Made by a program: the position numbers and the translations under genes. DNA of 64,000 nucleotides. Source: the human T2T-CHM13v2.0 reference genome, Homo sapiens. Below are positions 1 through 13,300 of this stretch, piece after piece. The stretch lies in assembly GCF_009914755.1 (NCBI RefSeq), contig NC_060926.1; one strand, written 5' to 3'. The notes beneath the pieces were generated by a model. It saw only the letters and a list, made by a program, of their open reading frames with translations, was not told the origin of the DNA and searched no databases. Position 1 is the stretch's first letter. The number at the start of each line of letters is the position of its first letter.

Positions 1-67
1 TGAGAGAGCAGTTTTGAAACACTCGTTTTGTGGAATCTGCAAGTGGATATTTGTCTAGCTTTGAGGA

Positions 68-84
68 TTTCGTTGGAAACGGGA
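68..84 (+). promoter_or_regulatory. CENP-B box (first of roughly 188, one per ~340-bp dimer)
   Basis: TTTCGTTGGAAACGGGA matches the CENP-B box consensus YTTCGTTGGAARCGGGA. Next copies are at 406-422 and 748-764. The count is estimated from the period, not enumerated. Confidence 0.98.
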
Positions 85-405
85 TTACATATAAAAAGCA
101 GACAGCAGCATTCCCAGAAACTTCTTTGTGATGTTTGCATTCAAGTCACAGAGTTGAACATTACCTTTCATAGAGCAGGTTTGAAACACTCTTTTTGTAG
201 TATCTGGATGTGTACATTTGCAGCGCTTTCAGGCCTAAGGTGAAAAAGGAAATATCTTCCCCTGAAAACTAGACAGAAGCATTCTCAGAAACTTATTTGT
301 GATGTGCGCCCTCAACTAACAGTGTTGAAGCTTTCTTTTGATAGAGCAGTTTTGAAACACTCTTTTTGTAAAATCTGCAAGAGGATATTTGGATAGCTTT
401 GAGGA

Positions 406-422
406 TTTCGTTGGAAACGGGA
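406..422 (+). promoter_or_regulatory. CENP-B box in B-type monomer
   Basis: TTTCGTTGGAAACGGGA followed by TTGTCTTCATATAAACTCTAGA; 338 bp after the first box and 342 bp before the third. Confidence 0.98.
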
Positions 423-1594
423 TTGTCTTCATATAAACTCTAGACAGAAGCATTCTCAGAAGCTTCATTGGGATGTTTCAATTGAAGTCACAGTGTTGAA
501 CAGTCCCTTTCATAGAGCAGGTTTGAAACACTCTTTTTGTAGTATCTGGATGTGGACATTTGGAGCGCTTTCAGGCCTACGGTTTAAAAGGAAATATCTT
601 CCCCTGAAAACTAGACAGAAGCATTCTCAGAAACTTATTTGTGATGTGCGCCCTCAACTAACAGTGTTGAAGCATTCTTTTGATAGAGCAGTTTTGAAAC
701 ACTCTTTTTGTGGAATCTGCAAGTGGATATTTGTCTAGCTTTGAGGATTTCGTTGGAAACGGGATTAATTATAAATAGCAGACAGCAGCATTCCCAGAAT
801 CTTGTTTGTGATGTTTGCATTCAAGTCACAGAGTTGAACATTCCCTTTCAGAGAGCAGGTTTGAAACACTCTTTTTATAGTATCTGGATGTGGACATTTG
901 GAGCGCTTTCAGGCCTATGATGAAAAAGGAAATATCTTCTCCTGAAAACTAGACAGAAGCATTCTCAGAATCTTATTTGTGATGTGCGCCCTCAACTAAC
1001 AGTGTTGAAGCTTTCTTTTGATAGAGCAGTTTTGAAACACTCTTTTCGTAAAATCTGCAAGAGGATATTTGGATAGCTTTGAGGATTTCGTTGGAAACGG
1101 GATTGTCTTCATATAAACTCTAGACAGAAGCATTCTCAGAAGCTTCATTGGGATGTTTCAATTGAAGTCACAGTGTTGAACAGTCCCTTTCATAGAGCAG
1201 GTTTGAAACACTCTTTTTGTAGTATCTGGAAGTGGACATTTGTAGAGATCTCAGGAATACGGTGATAAAGGTAATATCTTCCAATAAAAGCTAGATAGAA
1301 GCAATGTCAGAAACTTTTTCATGATGTATCTACTCAGCTAACAGAGTTGAACCTTTCTTTTGAGAGAGCAGTTTTGAAACACTCTTTTTGTGGAATCTGC
1401 AAGTGGATATTTGCCTAGCTTTGAGGATTTCGTTGGAAACGGGATTACATATAAAAAGCAGACAGCAGCATTCCCAGTAACTTCTTTGTGATGTTTGCAT
1501 TCAAGTCACAGAGTTGAACATTCCCTTTCATAGAGCAGGTTTGAAACACTTTTTTTGTAGTATCTGGATGTGGACATTTGGAGCGCTTTCAGGC

Positions 1595-1611
1595 CTATGG
1601 TGAAAAAGGAA
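1595..1611 (-). promoter_or_regulatory. pJ-alpha binding motif (representative; occupies the box position in the non-CENP-B monomers)
   Basis: The + strand reads CTATGGTGAAAAAGGAA, the reverse complement of TTCCTTTTTCACCATAG, matching the described pJ-alpha motif TTCCTTTTYCACCRTAG. Confidence 0.85.
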
Positions 1612-4600
1612 ATATCTTCCAATAAAAGCTAGATAGAAGCAATGTCAGAAACTTTTTCATGATGTATCTACTCAGCTAACAGAGTTGAACCTTTCTTTTG
1701 AGAGAGCAGTTTTGAAACACTCTTTTTGTAAAATCTGCAAGAGGATATTTGGATAGCTTTGAGGATTTCGTTGGAAACGGGATTGTCTTCATATAAACTC
1801 TAGACAGAAGCATTCTCAGAAGCGTCATTGGGATGTTTCAATTGAAGTCACAGTGTTGAACAGTCCCTTTCATAGAGCAGGTTTGAAACACTCTTTTTGT
1901 AGTATCTGGATGTGGACATTTGGAGCGCTTTCAGGCCTATGGTTTAAAAGGAAATATCTTCCCCTGAAAACTAGACAGAAGCATTCTCAGAAACTTATTT
2001 GTGATGTGCGCCTTCAACTAACAGTGTTGAAGCATTCTTTTGATAGAGCAGTTTTGAAACACTCTTTTTGTGGAATCTGCAAGTGGATATTTGTCTAGCT
2101 TTGAGGATTTCGTTGGAAACGGGATTACATATAAAAAGCAGACAGCAGCATTCCCAGAAACTTCTTTGTGATGTTTGCATTCAAGTCACAGAGTTGAACA
2201 TTCCCTTTCATAGAGCAGGTTTGAAACACTCTTTTTGTAGTATCTGGATGTGGACATTTGCAGCGCTTTCAGGCCTAAGGTGAAAAAGGAAATATCTTCC
2301 CCTGAAAACTAGACAGAAGCATTCTCAGAAACTTATTTGTGATGTGCGCCCTCAACTAACAGTGTTGAAGCTTTCTTTTGATAGAGCAGTTTTGAAACAC
2401 TCTTTTTGTAATATCTGCAAGAGGATATTTGGATAGCTTTGAGGATTTCGTTGGAAACGGGATTGTCTTCATATAAACTCTAGACAGAAGCATTCTCAGA
2501 AGCTTCATTGGGATGTTTCAATTGAAGTCACAGTGTTGAACAGTTCCTTTCATAGAACAGGTTTGAAACACTCTTTTTGTAGTATCTGGAAGTGCACATT
2601 TGGAGCGCTCTCAGGACTACGGTGAAAAAGGAAATATCTTCCAATAAAAGCTAGATAGAAGCAATGTCAGAAACTTTTTCATGATGTATCTACTCAGCTA
2701 ACAGAGTTGAACCTTTCCTTTGAGAGAGCAGTTTTGAAACACTCTTTTTGTGGAATCTGCAAGTGGATATTTGTCTAGCTTTGAGGATTTCGTTGGAAAC
2801 GGGATTACATATAAAAAGCAGACAGCAGCATTCCCAGTAACTTCTTTGTGATGTTTGCATTCAAGTCACAGAGTTGAACATTCCCTTTCATAGAGCAGGT
2901 TTGAAACACTCTTTTTGTAGTATCTGGATGTGGACATTTGGAGCGCTTTCAGGCCTATGGTGAAAAAGGAAATATCTTCCCCTGAAAACTAGACAGAAGC
3001 ATTCTCAGAAACTTATTTGTGATGTGCGCCCTCAACTAACAGTGTTGAAGCTTTCTTTTGATAGAGCAGTTTTGAAACACTCTTTTTGTAATATCTGCAA
3101 GAGGATATTTGGATAGCTTTGAGGATTTCGTTGGAAACGGGATTACATATAAAAAGCAGACAGCAGCATTTCCAGAATCTTGTTTGTGATGTTTGCATTC
3201 AAGTCACAGAGTTGAACATTCCCTTTCAGAGAGCAGGTTTGAAACACTCTTTTTATAGTGTCTGGATGTGGACATTTGGAGCGCTTTCAGGCCTATGGTG
3301 AAAAAGGAAATATCTTCTCCTGTAAACTAGACAGAAGCATTCTCAGAAACTTATTTGTGATGTGCGCCCTCAACTAACAGTGTTGAAGCTTTCTTTTGAT
3401 AGAGCAGTTTTGAAACACTCTTTTTGTAAAATCTGCAAGAGGATATTTGGATAGCTTTGAGGATTTCGTTGGAAACGGGATTGTCTTCATATAAACTCTA
3501 GACAGAAGCATTCTCAGAAGCTTCATTGGGATGTTTCAATTGAAGTCACAGTGTTGAACAGTCCCTTTCATAGAGCAGGTTTGAAACACTCTTTTTGTAG
3601 TATCTGGAAGTGGACATTTGGAACGCTCTCAGGACTGCGGTGAAAAAGGAAATATCTTCCAATAAAAGCTAGATAGAAGCAATGTCAGAAACTTTTTCAT
3701 GATGTATCTACTCAGCTAACAGAGTTGAACCTTTCTTTTGAGAGAGCAGTTTTGAAACACTCTTTTTGTGGAATCTGCAAGTGGATATTAGTCTAGCTTT
3801 GAGGATTTCGTTGGAAACGGGATTACATATAAAAAGCAGACAGCAGCATTCCCAGTAACTTCTTTGTGATGTTTGCATTCACGTCACAGAGTTGAACATT
3901 CCCTTTCATAGAGCAGGTTTGAAACACTCTTTTTGTAGTATCTGGATGTGGACATTTGGAGCGCTTTCAGGCCTATGGTGAAAAAGGAAATATCTTCCCC
4001 TGAAAACTAGACAGAAGCATTCTCAGAAACTTATTTGTGATGTGCGCCCTCAACTAACAGTGTTGAAGCTTTCTTTTGATAGAGCAGTTTTGAAACACTC
4101 TTTTTGTAATATCTGCAAGAGGATATTTGGATAGCTTTGAGGATTTCGTTGGAAACGGGATTAATTATAAAAAGCAGACAGCAGCATTCCCAGAATCTTG
4201 TTTGTGATGTTTGCATTCAAGTCACAGAGTTGAACATTCCCTTTCAGAGAGCAGGTTTGAAACACTCTTTTTATAGTATCTGGATGTGGACATTTGGAGC
4301 GCTTTCAGGCCTATGGTGAAAAAGGAAATATCTTCTCCTGAAAACTAGACAGAAGCATTCTCAGAATCTTATTTGTGATGTGCGCCCTCAACTAACAGTG
4401 TTGAAGCTTTCTTTTGATAGAGCAGTTTTGAAACACTCTTTTCGTAAAATCTGCAAGAGGATATTTGGATAGCTTTGAGGATTTCGTTGGAAACGGGATT
4501 GTCTTCATATAAACTCTAGACAGAAGCATTCTCAGAAGCTTCATTGGGATGTTTCAATTGAAGTCACAGTGTTGAACAGTCCCTTTCATAGAGCAGGTTT

Positions 4601-5874
4601 AAAACACTCTTTTTGTAGTATCTGGAAGTGGACATTTGGAGAGATCTCAGGAATACGGTGATAAAGGAAATATCTTCCAATAAAAGCTAGATAGAAGCAA
4701 TGTCAGAAACTTTTTCATGATGTATCTACTCAGCTAACAGAGTTGAACCTTTCTTTTGAGAGAGCAGTTTTGAAACACTCTTTTTGTGGAATCTGGAAGT
4801 GGATATTTGTCTAGCTTTGAGGATTTCGTTGGAAACGGGATTACATATAAAAAGCAGACAGCAGCATTCCCAGTAACTTCTTTGTGACGTTTGCATTCAA
4901 GTCACAGAGTTGAACATTCCCTTTCATAGAGCAGGTTTGAAACACTCTTTTTGTAGTATCTGGATGTGGACATTTGGAGCGCTTTCAGGCCTATGGTGAA
5001 AAAGGAAATATCTTCCCCTGAAAACTAGACAGAAGAATTCTCAGAATCTTATTTGTGATGTGCGCCATCAACTAACAGTGTTGAAGCTTTCTTTTGATAG
5101 AGCAGTTTTGAAACACTCTTTTTGTAAAATCTGCAAGAGGATATTTGGATAGCTTTGAGGATTTCGTTGGAAACGGGATTGTCTTCATATAAACTCTAGA
5201 CAGAAGCATTCTCAGAAGCGTCATTGGGATGTTTCAATTGAAGTCACAGTGTTGAACATTCCCTTTCATAGAGCAGGTTTGAAACACTCTTTTTGTAGTA
5301 TCTGGATGTGGACATTTGGAGCGCTTTCAGGCCTATGGTTTAAAAGGAAATATCTTCCCCTGAAAACTAGACAGAAGCATTCTCAGAAACTTATTTGTGA
5401 TGTGCGCCCTCAACTAACAGTGTTGAAGCATTCTTTTGATAGAGCAGTTTTGAAACACTCTTTTTGTGGAATCTGCAAGTGGATATTTGTCTAGCTTTGA
5501 GGATTTCGTTGGAAACGGGATTACATATAAAAAGCAGACAGCAGCATTCCCAGTAACTTCTTTGTGATGTTTGCATTCAAGTCAGAGAGTTGAACATTCC
5601 CTTTCATAGAGCAGGTTTGAAACACTCTTTTTGAAGTATCTGGTTGTGGACATTTGGAGCGCTTTCAGGCCTATGGTGAAAAAGGAAATATCTTCCCCTG
5701 AAAACTAGACAGAAGCATTCTCAGAAACTTATTTGTGATGTGCGCCCTCAACTAACAGTGTTGAACCTTTCTTTTGATAGAGCAGTTTTGAAACACTCTT
5801 TTTGTAATATCTGCAAGAGGATATTTGGATAGCTTTGAGGATTTCGTTGGAAACGGGATTGTCTTCATATAAAC

Positions 5875-6554
5875 TCTAGACAGAAGCATTCTCAGAAGCT
5901 TCATTGGGATGTTTCAATTGAAGTCACAGTGTTGAACAGTCCCTTTCATAGAGCAGGTTTGAAACACTCTTTTTGTAGTATCTGGAAGTGGACATTTGGA
6001 GCGCTCTCAGGACTACGATGATAAAGGAAATATCTTCCAATAAAAGCTAGATAGAAGCAATGTCAGAAACTTTTTCATGATGTATCTACTCAGCTAACAG
6101 AGTTGAACCTTTCTTTTGAGAGAGCAGTTTTGAAACACTCTTTTTGTGGAATCTGCAAGTGGATATTTGTCTAGCTTTGAGGATTTCGTTGGAAACGGGA
6201 TTACATATAAAAAGCAGACAGCAGCATTCCCAGAATCTTCTTTGTGATGTTTGCATTCAAGTCACAGAGTTGAACATTCCCTTTCATAGAGCAGGTTTGA
6301 AACACTCTTTTTGTAGTATCTGGATGTGGACATTTGGAGCGCTTTCAGGCCTATGGTGAAAAAGGAAATATCTTCCCCTGAAAACTAGACAGAAGCATTC
6401 TCAGAAACTTATTTGTGATGTGCGCCTTCAACTAACAGTGTTGAAGCATTCTTTTGATAGAGCAGTTTTGAAACACTCTTTTTGTAAAATCTGCAAGAGG
6501 ATATTTGGATAGCTTTGAGGATTTCGTTGGAAACGGGATTGTCTTCATATAAAC
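5875..6554 (+). repeat. Representative canonical 680-bp 4-mer HOR unit (XbaI to XbaI; monomers C-D-A-B)
   Basis: TCTAGA at 5875 and 6555. The four monomer types are C (AAGCTTCATTGGGATGTTTCAATTG), D (AATGTCAGAAACTTTTTCATGATGTATCTACTC, CENP-B box, ~167 bp), A (CAGCAGCATTCCCAG...GTTTGCATTCAAG) and B (CTTATTTGTGATGTGCGCC, CENP-B box). Confidence 0.93.
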
Positions 6555-7379
6555 TCTAGACAGAAGCATTCTCAGAAGCTTCATTGGGATGTTTCAATTG
6601 AAGTCACAGTGTTGAACAGTCCCTTTCATAGAGCAGGTTTGAAACACTCTTTTTGTAGTATCTGGAAGTGGACATTTGGAGCGCTCTCAGGACTGCGGTG
6701 AAAAAGGAAATATCTTCCAATAAAAGCTAGACAGAAGCAATGTCAGAAACTTTTTCATGATGTATCTACTCAGCTAACAGAGTTGAACCTTCATTTGAGA
6801 GAGCAGTTTTGAAACCCTCGTTTTGTGGAATCTGCAAGTGGATATTTGTCTAGCTTTGAGGATTTCGTTGGAAACGGGATTACATATAAAAAGCAGACAG
6901 CAGCATTCCCAGAAACTTCTTTGTGATGTTTGCATTCAAGTCACAGAGTTGAACATTCCCTTTCATAGAGCAGGTTTGAAACACTCTTTTTGTAGTATCT
7001 GGATGTGTACATTTGCAGCGCTTTCAGGCCTAAGGTGAAAAAGGAAATATCTTCCCCTGAAAACTAGACAGAAGCATTCTCAGAAACTTATTTGTGATGT
7101 GCGCCCTCAACTAACAGTGTTGAAGCTTTCTTTTGATAGAGCAGTTTTGAAACACTCTTTTTGTAAAATCTGCAAGAGGATATTTGGATAGCTTTGAGGA
7201 TTTCGTTGGAAACGGGATTGTCTTCATATAAACTCTAGACAGAAGCATTCTCAGAAGCTTCATTGGGATGTTTCAATTGAAGTCACAGTGTTGAACAGTC
7301 CCTTTCATAGAGCAGGTTTCAAACACTCTTTTTGTAGTATCTGGATGTGGACATTTGGAGCGCTTTCAGGCCTACGGTT

Positions 7380-10300
7380 TAAAAGGAAATATCTTCCCCT
7401 GAAAACTAGACAGAAGCATTCTCAGAAACTTATTTGTGATGTGCGCCCTCAACTAACAGTGTTGAAGCATTCTTTTGATAGAGCAGTTTTGAAACACTCT
7501 TTTTGTGGAATCTGCAAGTGGATATTTGTCTAGCTTTGAGGATTTCGTTGGAAACGGGATTAATTATAAATAGCAGACAGCAGCATTCCCAGAATCTTGT
7601 TTGTGATGTTTGCATTCAAGTCACAGAGTTGAACATTCCCTTTCAGAGAGCAGGTTTGAAACACTCTTTTTATCGTATCTGGATGTGGACATTTGGAGCG
7701 CTTTCAGGCCTATGATGAAAAAGGAAATATCTTCTCCTGAAAACTAGACAGAAGCATTCTCAGAATCTTATTTGTGATGTGCGCCCTCAACTAACAGTGT
7801 TGAAGCTTTCTTTTGATAGAGCAGTTTTGAAACACTCTTTTCGTAAAATCTGCAAGAGGATATTTGGATAGCTTTGAGGATTTCGTTGGAAACGGGATTG
7901 TCTTCATATAAACTCTAGACAGAAGCATTCTCAGAAGCTTCATTGGGATGTTTCAATTGAAGTCACAGTGTTGAACAGTCCCTTTCATAGAGCAGGTTTG
8001 AAACACTCTTTTTGTAGTATCTGGAAGTGGACATTTGTAGAGATCTCAGGAATACGGTGATAAAGGTAATATCTTCCAATAAAACCTAGATAGAAGCAAT
8101 GTCAGAAACTTTTTCATGATGTATCTACTCAGCTAACAGAGTTGAACCTTTCTTTTGAGAGAGCAGTTTTGAAACACTCTTTTTGTGGAATCTGCAAGTG
8201 GATATTTGCCTAGCTTTGAGGATTTCGTTGGAAACGGGATTACATATAAAAAGCAGACAGCAGCATTCCCAGTAACTTCTTTGTGATGTTTGCATTCAAG
8301 TCACAGAGTTGAACATTCCCTTTCATAGAGCAGGTTTGAAACACTTTTTTTGTAGTATCTGGATGTGGACATTTGGAGCGCTTTCAGGCCTATGGTGAAA
8401 AAGGAAATATCTTCCAATAAAAGCTAGATAGAAGCAATGTCAGAAACTTTTTCATGATGTATCTACTCAGCTAACAGAGTTGAACCTTTCTTTTGAGAGA
8501 GCAGTTTTGAAACACTCTTTTTGTAAAATCTGCAAGAGGATATTTGGATAGCTTTGAGGATTTCGTTGGAAACGGGATTGTCTTCATATAAACTCTAGAC
8601 AGAAGCATTCTCAGAAGCGTCATTGGGATGTTTCAATTGAAGTCACAGTGTTGAACAGTCCCTTTCATAGAGCAGGTTTGAAACACTCTTTTTGTAGTAT
8701 CTGGATGTGGACATTTGGAGCGCTTTCAGGCCTATGGTTTAAAAGGAAATATCTTCCCCTGAAAACTAGACAGAAGCATTCTCAGAAACTTATTTGTGAT
8801 GTGCGCCTTCAACTAACAGTGTTGAAGCATTCTTTTGATAGAGCAGTTTTGAAACACTCTTTTTGTGGAATCTGCAAGTGGATATTTGTCTAGCTTTGAG
8901 GATTTCGTTGGAAACGGGATTACATATAAAAAGCAGACAGCAGCATTCCCAGAAACTTCTTTGTGATGTTTGCATTCAAGTCACAGAGTTGAACATTCCC
9001 TTTCAGAGAGCAGGTTTGAAACACTCTTTTTGTAGTATCTGGATGTGGACATTTGGAGCGCTTTCAGCCCTATGGTGAAAAAGGAAATATCTTCCCCTGA
9101 AAACTAGACAGAATCATTCTCAGAATCTTATTTGTGATGTGCGCCCTCAACTAACAGTGTTGAAGCTTTCTTTTGATAGAGCAGTTTTGAAACACTCTTT
9201 TTGTAAAATCTGCAAGAGGATATTTGGATAGCTTTGAGGATTTCGTTGGAAACGGGATTGTCTTCATATAAACTCTAGACAGAAGCATTCTCAGAAGCTT
9301 CATTGGGATGTTTCAATTGAAGTCACAGTGTTGAACAGTCCCTTTCATAGAGCAGGTTTGAAACACTCTTTTTGTAGTATCTGGAAGTGGACATTTGGAG
9401 CGCTCTCAGGACTGCGGTGAAAAAGGAACTATCTTCCAATAAAAGCTAGATAGAAGCAATGTCAGAAACTTTTTCATGATGTATCTACTCAGCTAACAGA
9501 GTTGAACCTTTCCTTTGAGAGAGCAGTTTTGAAACACTCTTTTTGTGGAATCTGCAAGTGGATATTTGTCTAGCTTTGAGGATTTCGTTGGAAACGGGAT
9601 TACATATAAAAAGCAGACAGCAGCATTCCCAGTAACTTCTTTGTGATGTTTGCATTCAAGTCACAGAGTTGAACATTCCCTTTCATAGAGCAGGTTTGAA
9701 ACACTCTTTTTGTAGTATCTGGATGTGGACATTTGGAGCGCTTTCAGGCCTATGGTGAAAAAGGAAATATCTTCCCCTGAAAACTAGACAAAAGCATTCT
9801 CAGAAACTTATTTGTGATGTGCACCCTCAACTAACAGTGTTGAACCTTTCTTTTGATAGAGCAGTTTTGAAACACTCTTTTTGTAATATCTGCAAGAGGA
9901 TATTTGGATAGCTTTGAGGATTTCGTTGGAAACGGGATTACATATAAAAAGCAGACAGCAGCATTCCCAGAATCTTGTTTGTGATGTTTGCATTCAAGTC
10001 ACAGAGTTGAACATTCCCTTTCAGAGAGCAGGTTTGAAACACTCTTTTTATAGTGTCTGGATTTGGACATTTGGAGCGCTTTCAGGCCTATGGTGAAAAA
10101 GGAAATATCTTCTCCTGTAAACTAGACAGAAGCATTCTCAGAAACTTATTTGTGATGTGCGCCCTCAACTAACAGTGTTGAAGCTTTCTTTTGATAGAGC
10201 AGTTTTGAAACACTCTTTTTGTAAAATCTGCAAGAGGATATTTGGATAGCTTTGAGGATTTCGTTGGAAACGGGATTGTCTTCATATAAACTCTACACAG

Positions 10301-13300
10301 AAGCATTCTCAGAAGCTTCATTGGGATGTTTCAATTGAAGTCACAGTGTTGAACAGTCCCTTTCATAGAGCAGGTTTGAAACACTCTTTTTGTAGTATCT
10401 GGAAGTGGACATTTGGAACGCTCTCAGGACTGCGGTGAAAAAGGAAATATCTTCCAATAAAATCTAGATAGAAGCAATGTCAGAAACTTTTTCATGATGT
10501 ATCTACTCAGCTAACAGAGTTGAACCTTTCTTTTGAGAGAGCAGTTTTGAAACACTCTTTTTGTGGAATCTGCAAGTGGATATTTGTCTAGCTTTGAGGA
10601 TTTCGTTGGAAACGGGATTACATATAAAAAGCAGACAGCAGCATTCCCAGTAACTTCTTTGTGATGTTTGCATTCAAGTCACAGAGTTGAACATTCCCTT
10701 TCATAGAGCAGGTTTGAAACACTTTTTTTGTAGTATCTGGATGTGGATATTTGGAGCGCTTTCAGGCCTATGGTGAAAAAGGAAATATCTTCCAATAAAA
10801 GCTACATAGAAGCAATGTCAGAAACTTTTTCATGATGTATCTACTCAGCTAACAGAGTTGAACCTTTCTTTTGAGAGAGCAGTTTTGAAACACTCTTTTT
10901 GTGTAATCTGAAAGTGGATATTTGTCTAGCTTTGAGGATTTCGTTGGAAACGGGATTACATATAAAAAGCAGACAGCAGCATTCCCAGTAACTTCTTTGT
11001 GATGTTTGCATTCAAGTCACAGAGTTGAACATTCCCTTTCATAGAGCAGGTTTGAAACACTCTTTTTGTAGTATCTGGATGTGGACATTTGGAGCGCTTT
11101 CAGGCCTATTGTGAAAAAGGAAATATCTTCCCCTGAAAACTAGACAGAAGAATTCTCAGAATCTTATTTGTGATGTGCGCCCTCAACTAACAGTGTTGAA
11201 GCTTTCTTTTGATAGAGCAGTTTTGAAACACTCTTTTTGTAAAATCTGCAAGAGGATATTTGGATAGCTTTGAGGATTTCGTTGGAAACGGGATTGTCTT
11301 CATATAAACTCTACACAGAAGCATTCTCAGAAGCGTCATTGGGATGTTTCAATTGAAGTCACAGTGTTGAACAGTCCCTTTCATAGAGCAGGTTTGAAAC
11401 ACTCTTTTTGTAGTATCTGGATGTGGACATTTGGAGCGCTTTCAGGCCTATGGTTTAAAAGGAAATATCTTCCCCTGAAAACTAGACAGAAGCATTCTCA
11501 GAAACTTATTTGTGATGTGCGCCTTCAACTAACAGTGTTGAAGCATTCTTTTGATAGAGCAGTTTTGAAACACTCTTTTTGTGGAATCTGCAAGTGGATA
11601 TTTGTCTAGCTTTGAGGATTTCGTTGGAAACGGGATTACATATAAAAAGCAGACAGCAGCATTCCCAGAAACTTCTTTGTGATGTTTGCATTCAAGTCAC
11701 AGAGTTGAACATTCCCTTTCAGAGAGCAGGTTTGAAACACTCTTTTTGTAGTATCTGGATGTGGACATTTGGAGCGCTTTCAGCCCTATGGTGAAAAAGG
11801 AAATATCTTCCCCTGAAAACTAGACAGAAGCATTCTCAGAATCTTATTTGTGATGTGCGCCCTCAACTAACAGTGTTGAAGCTTTCTTTTGATAGAGCAG
11901 TTTTGAAACACTCTTTTTGTAAAATCTGCAAGAGGATATTTGGATAGCTTTGAGGATTTCGTTGGAAACGGGATTGTCTTCATATAAACTCTAGACAGAA
12001 GCATTCTCAGAAGCTTCATTGGGATGTTTCAATTGAAGTCACAGTGTTGAACAGTCCCTTTCATAGAGCAGGTTTGAAACACTCTTTTTGTAGTATCTGG
12101 AAGTGGACATTTGGAACGCTCTCAGGACTGCGGTGAAAAAGGAAATATCTTCCAATAAAAGCTAGATAGAAGCAATGTCAGAAACTTTTTCATGATGTAT
12201 CTACTCAGCTAACAGAGTTGAACCTTTCTTTTGAGAGAGCAGTTTTGAAACACTCGTTTTGTGGAATCTGCAAGTGGATATTTGTCTACCTTTGAGGATT
12301 TCGTTGGAAACGGGATTACATATAAAAAGCAGACAGCAGCATTCCCAGAAACTTCTTTGTGATGTTTGCATTCAAGTCACAGAGTTGAACATTCCCTTTC
12401 ATAGAGCAGGTTTGAAACACTCTTTTTGTAGTATCTGGATGTGGACATTTGCAGCGCTTTCAGGCCTAAGGTGAAAAAGGAAATATCTTCCCCTGAAAAC
12501 TAGACAGAAGCATTCTCAGAAACTTATTTGTGATGTGCGCCCTCAACTAACAGTGTTGAAGCTTTCTTTTGATAGAGCAGTTTTGAAACACTCTTTTTGT
12601 AATATCTGCAAGAGGATATTTGGATAGCTTTGAGGATTTCGTTGGAAACGGGATTGTCTTCATATAAACTCTAGACAGAAGCATTCTCAGAAGCTTCATT
12701 GGGATGTTTCAATTGAAGTCACAGTGTTGAACAGTCCCTTTCATAGAGCAGGTTTGAAACACTCTTTTTGTAGTATCTGGAAGTGGACATTTGGAACGCT
12801 CTCAGGACTGCGGTGAAAAAGGAAATATCTTCCAATAAAAGCTAGATAGAAGCAATGTCAGAAACTTTTTCATGATGTATCTACTCAGCTAACAGAGTTG
12901 AACCTTTCTTTTGAGAGAGCAGTTTTGAAACACTCTTTTTGTGGAATCTGCAAGTGGATATTTGTCTAGCTTTGAGGATTTCGTTGGAAACGGGATTACA
13001 TATAAAAAGCAGACAGCAGCATTCCCAGTAACTTCTTTGTGATGTTTGCATTCAAGTCACAGAGTTGAACATTCCCTTTCATAGAGCAGGTTTGAAACAC
13101 TTTTTTTGTAGTATCTGGATGTGGACATTTGGAGCGCTTTCAGGCCTATGGTGAAAAAGGAAATATCTTCCAATAAAAGCTACATAAAAGCAATGTCAGA
13201 AACTTTTTCATGATGTATCTACTCAGCTAACAGAGTTGAACCTTTCCTTTGAGAGAGCAGTTTTGAAACACTCTTTTTGTGGAATCTGCAGGTGGATATT

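Larger units (their letters stand above)
1..2200 (+). repeat. Segment re-occurring at +6795 bp (copy at ~6796-8995)
   Basis: Rare variants are shared at a constant offset of 6795: TGTACATTTGCAG, CCTACGGTTT, ATAAATAGC, TTGTAGAGATCTC, TTTGCCTAG. ORF-track pairs agree (28/6823, 493/7288, 708/7503, 1853/8648). Confidence 0.85.

Noticed and set aside
60-770. Conserved ~30-bp block recurring at regular spacing, superficially CRISPR-like
   Set aside because: The intervening sequence is ~310 bp and itself repetitive, not unique spacers. There are no cas genes, and the block is the CENP-B box region.
762-780. AT-rich, TATA-like and near-palindromic GATTAATTATAAATAG and ATATAAAA motifs; AATAAA in C monomers
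   Set aside because: These are ordinary satellite sequence or small variants of it. The sequence alone gives no support for promoter or polyadenylation function.
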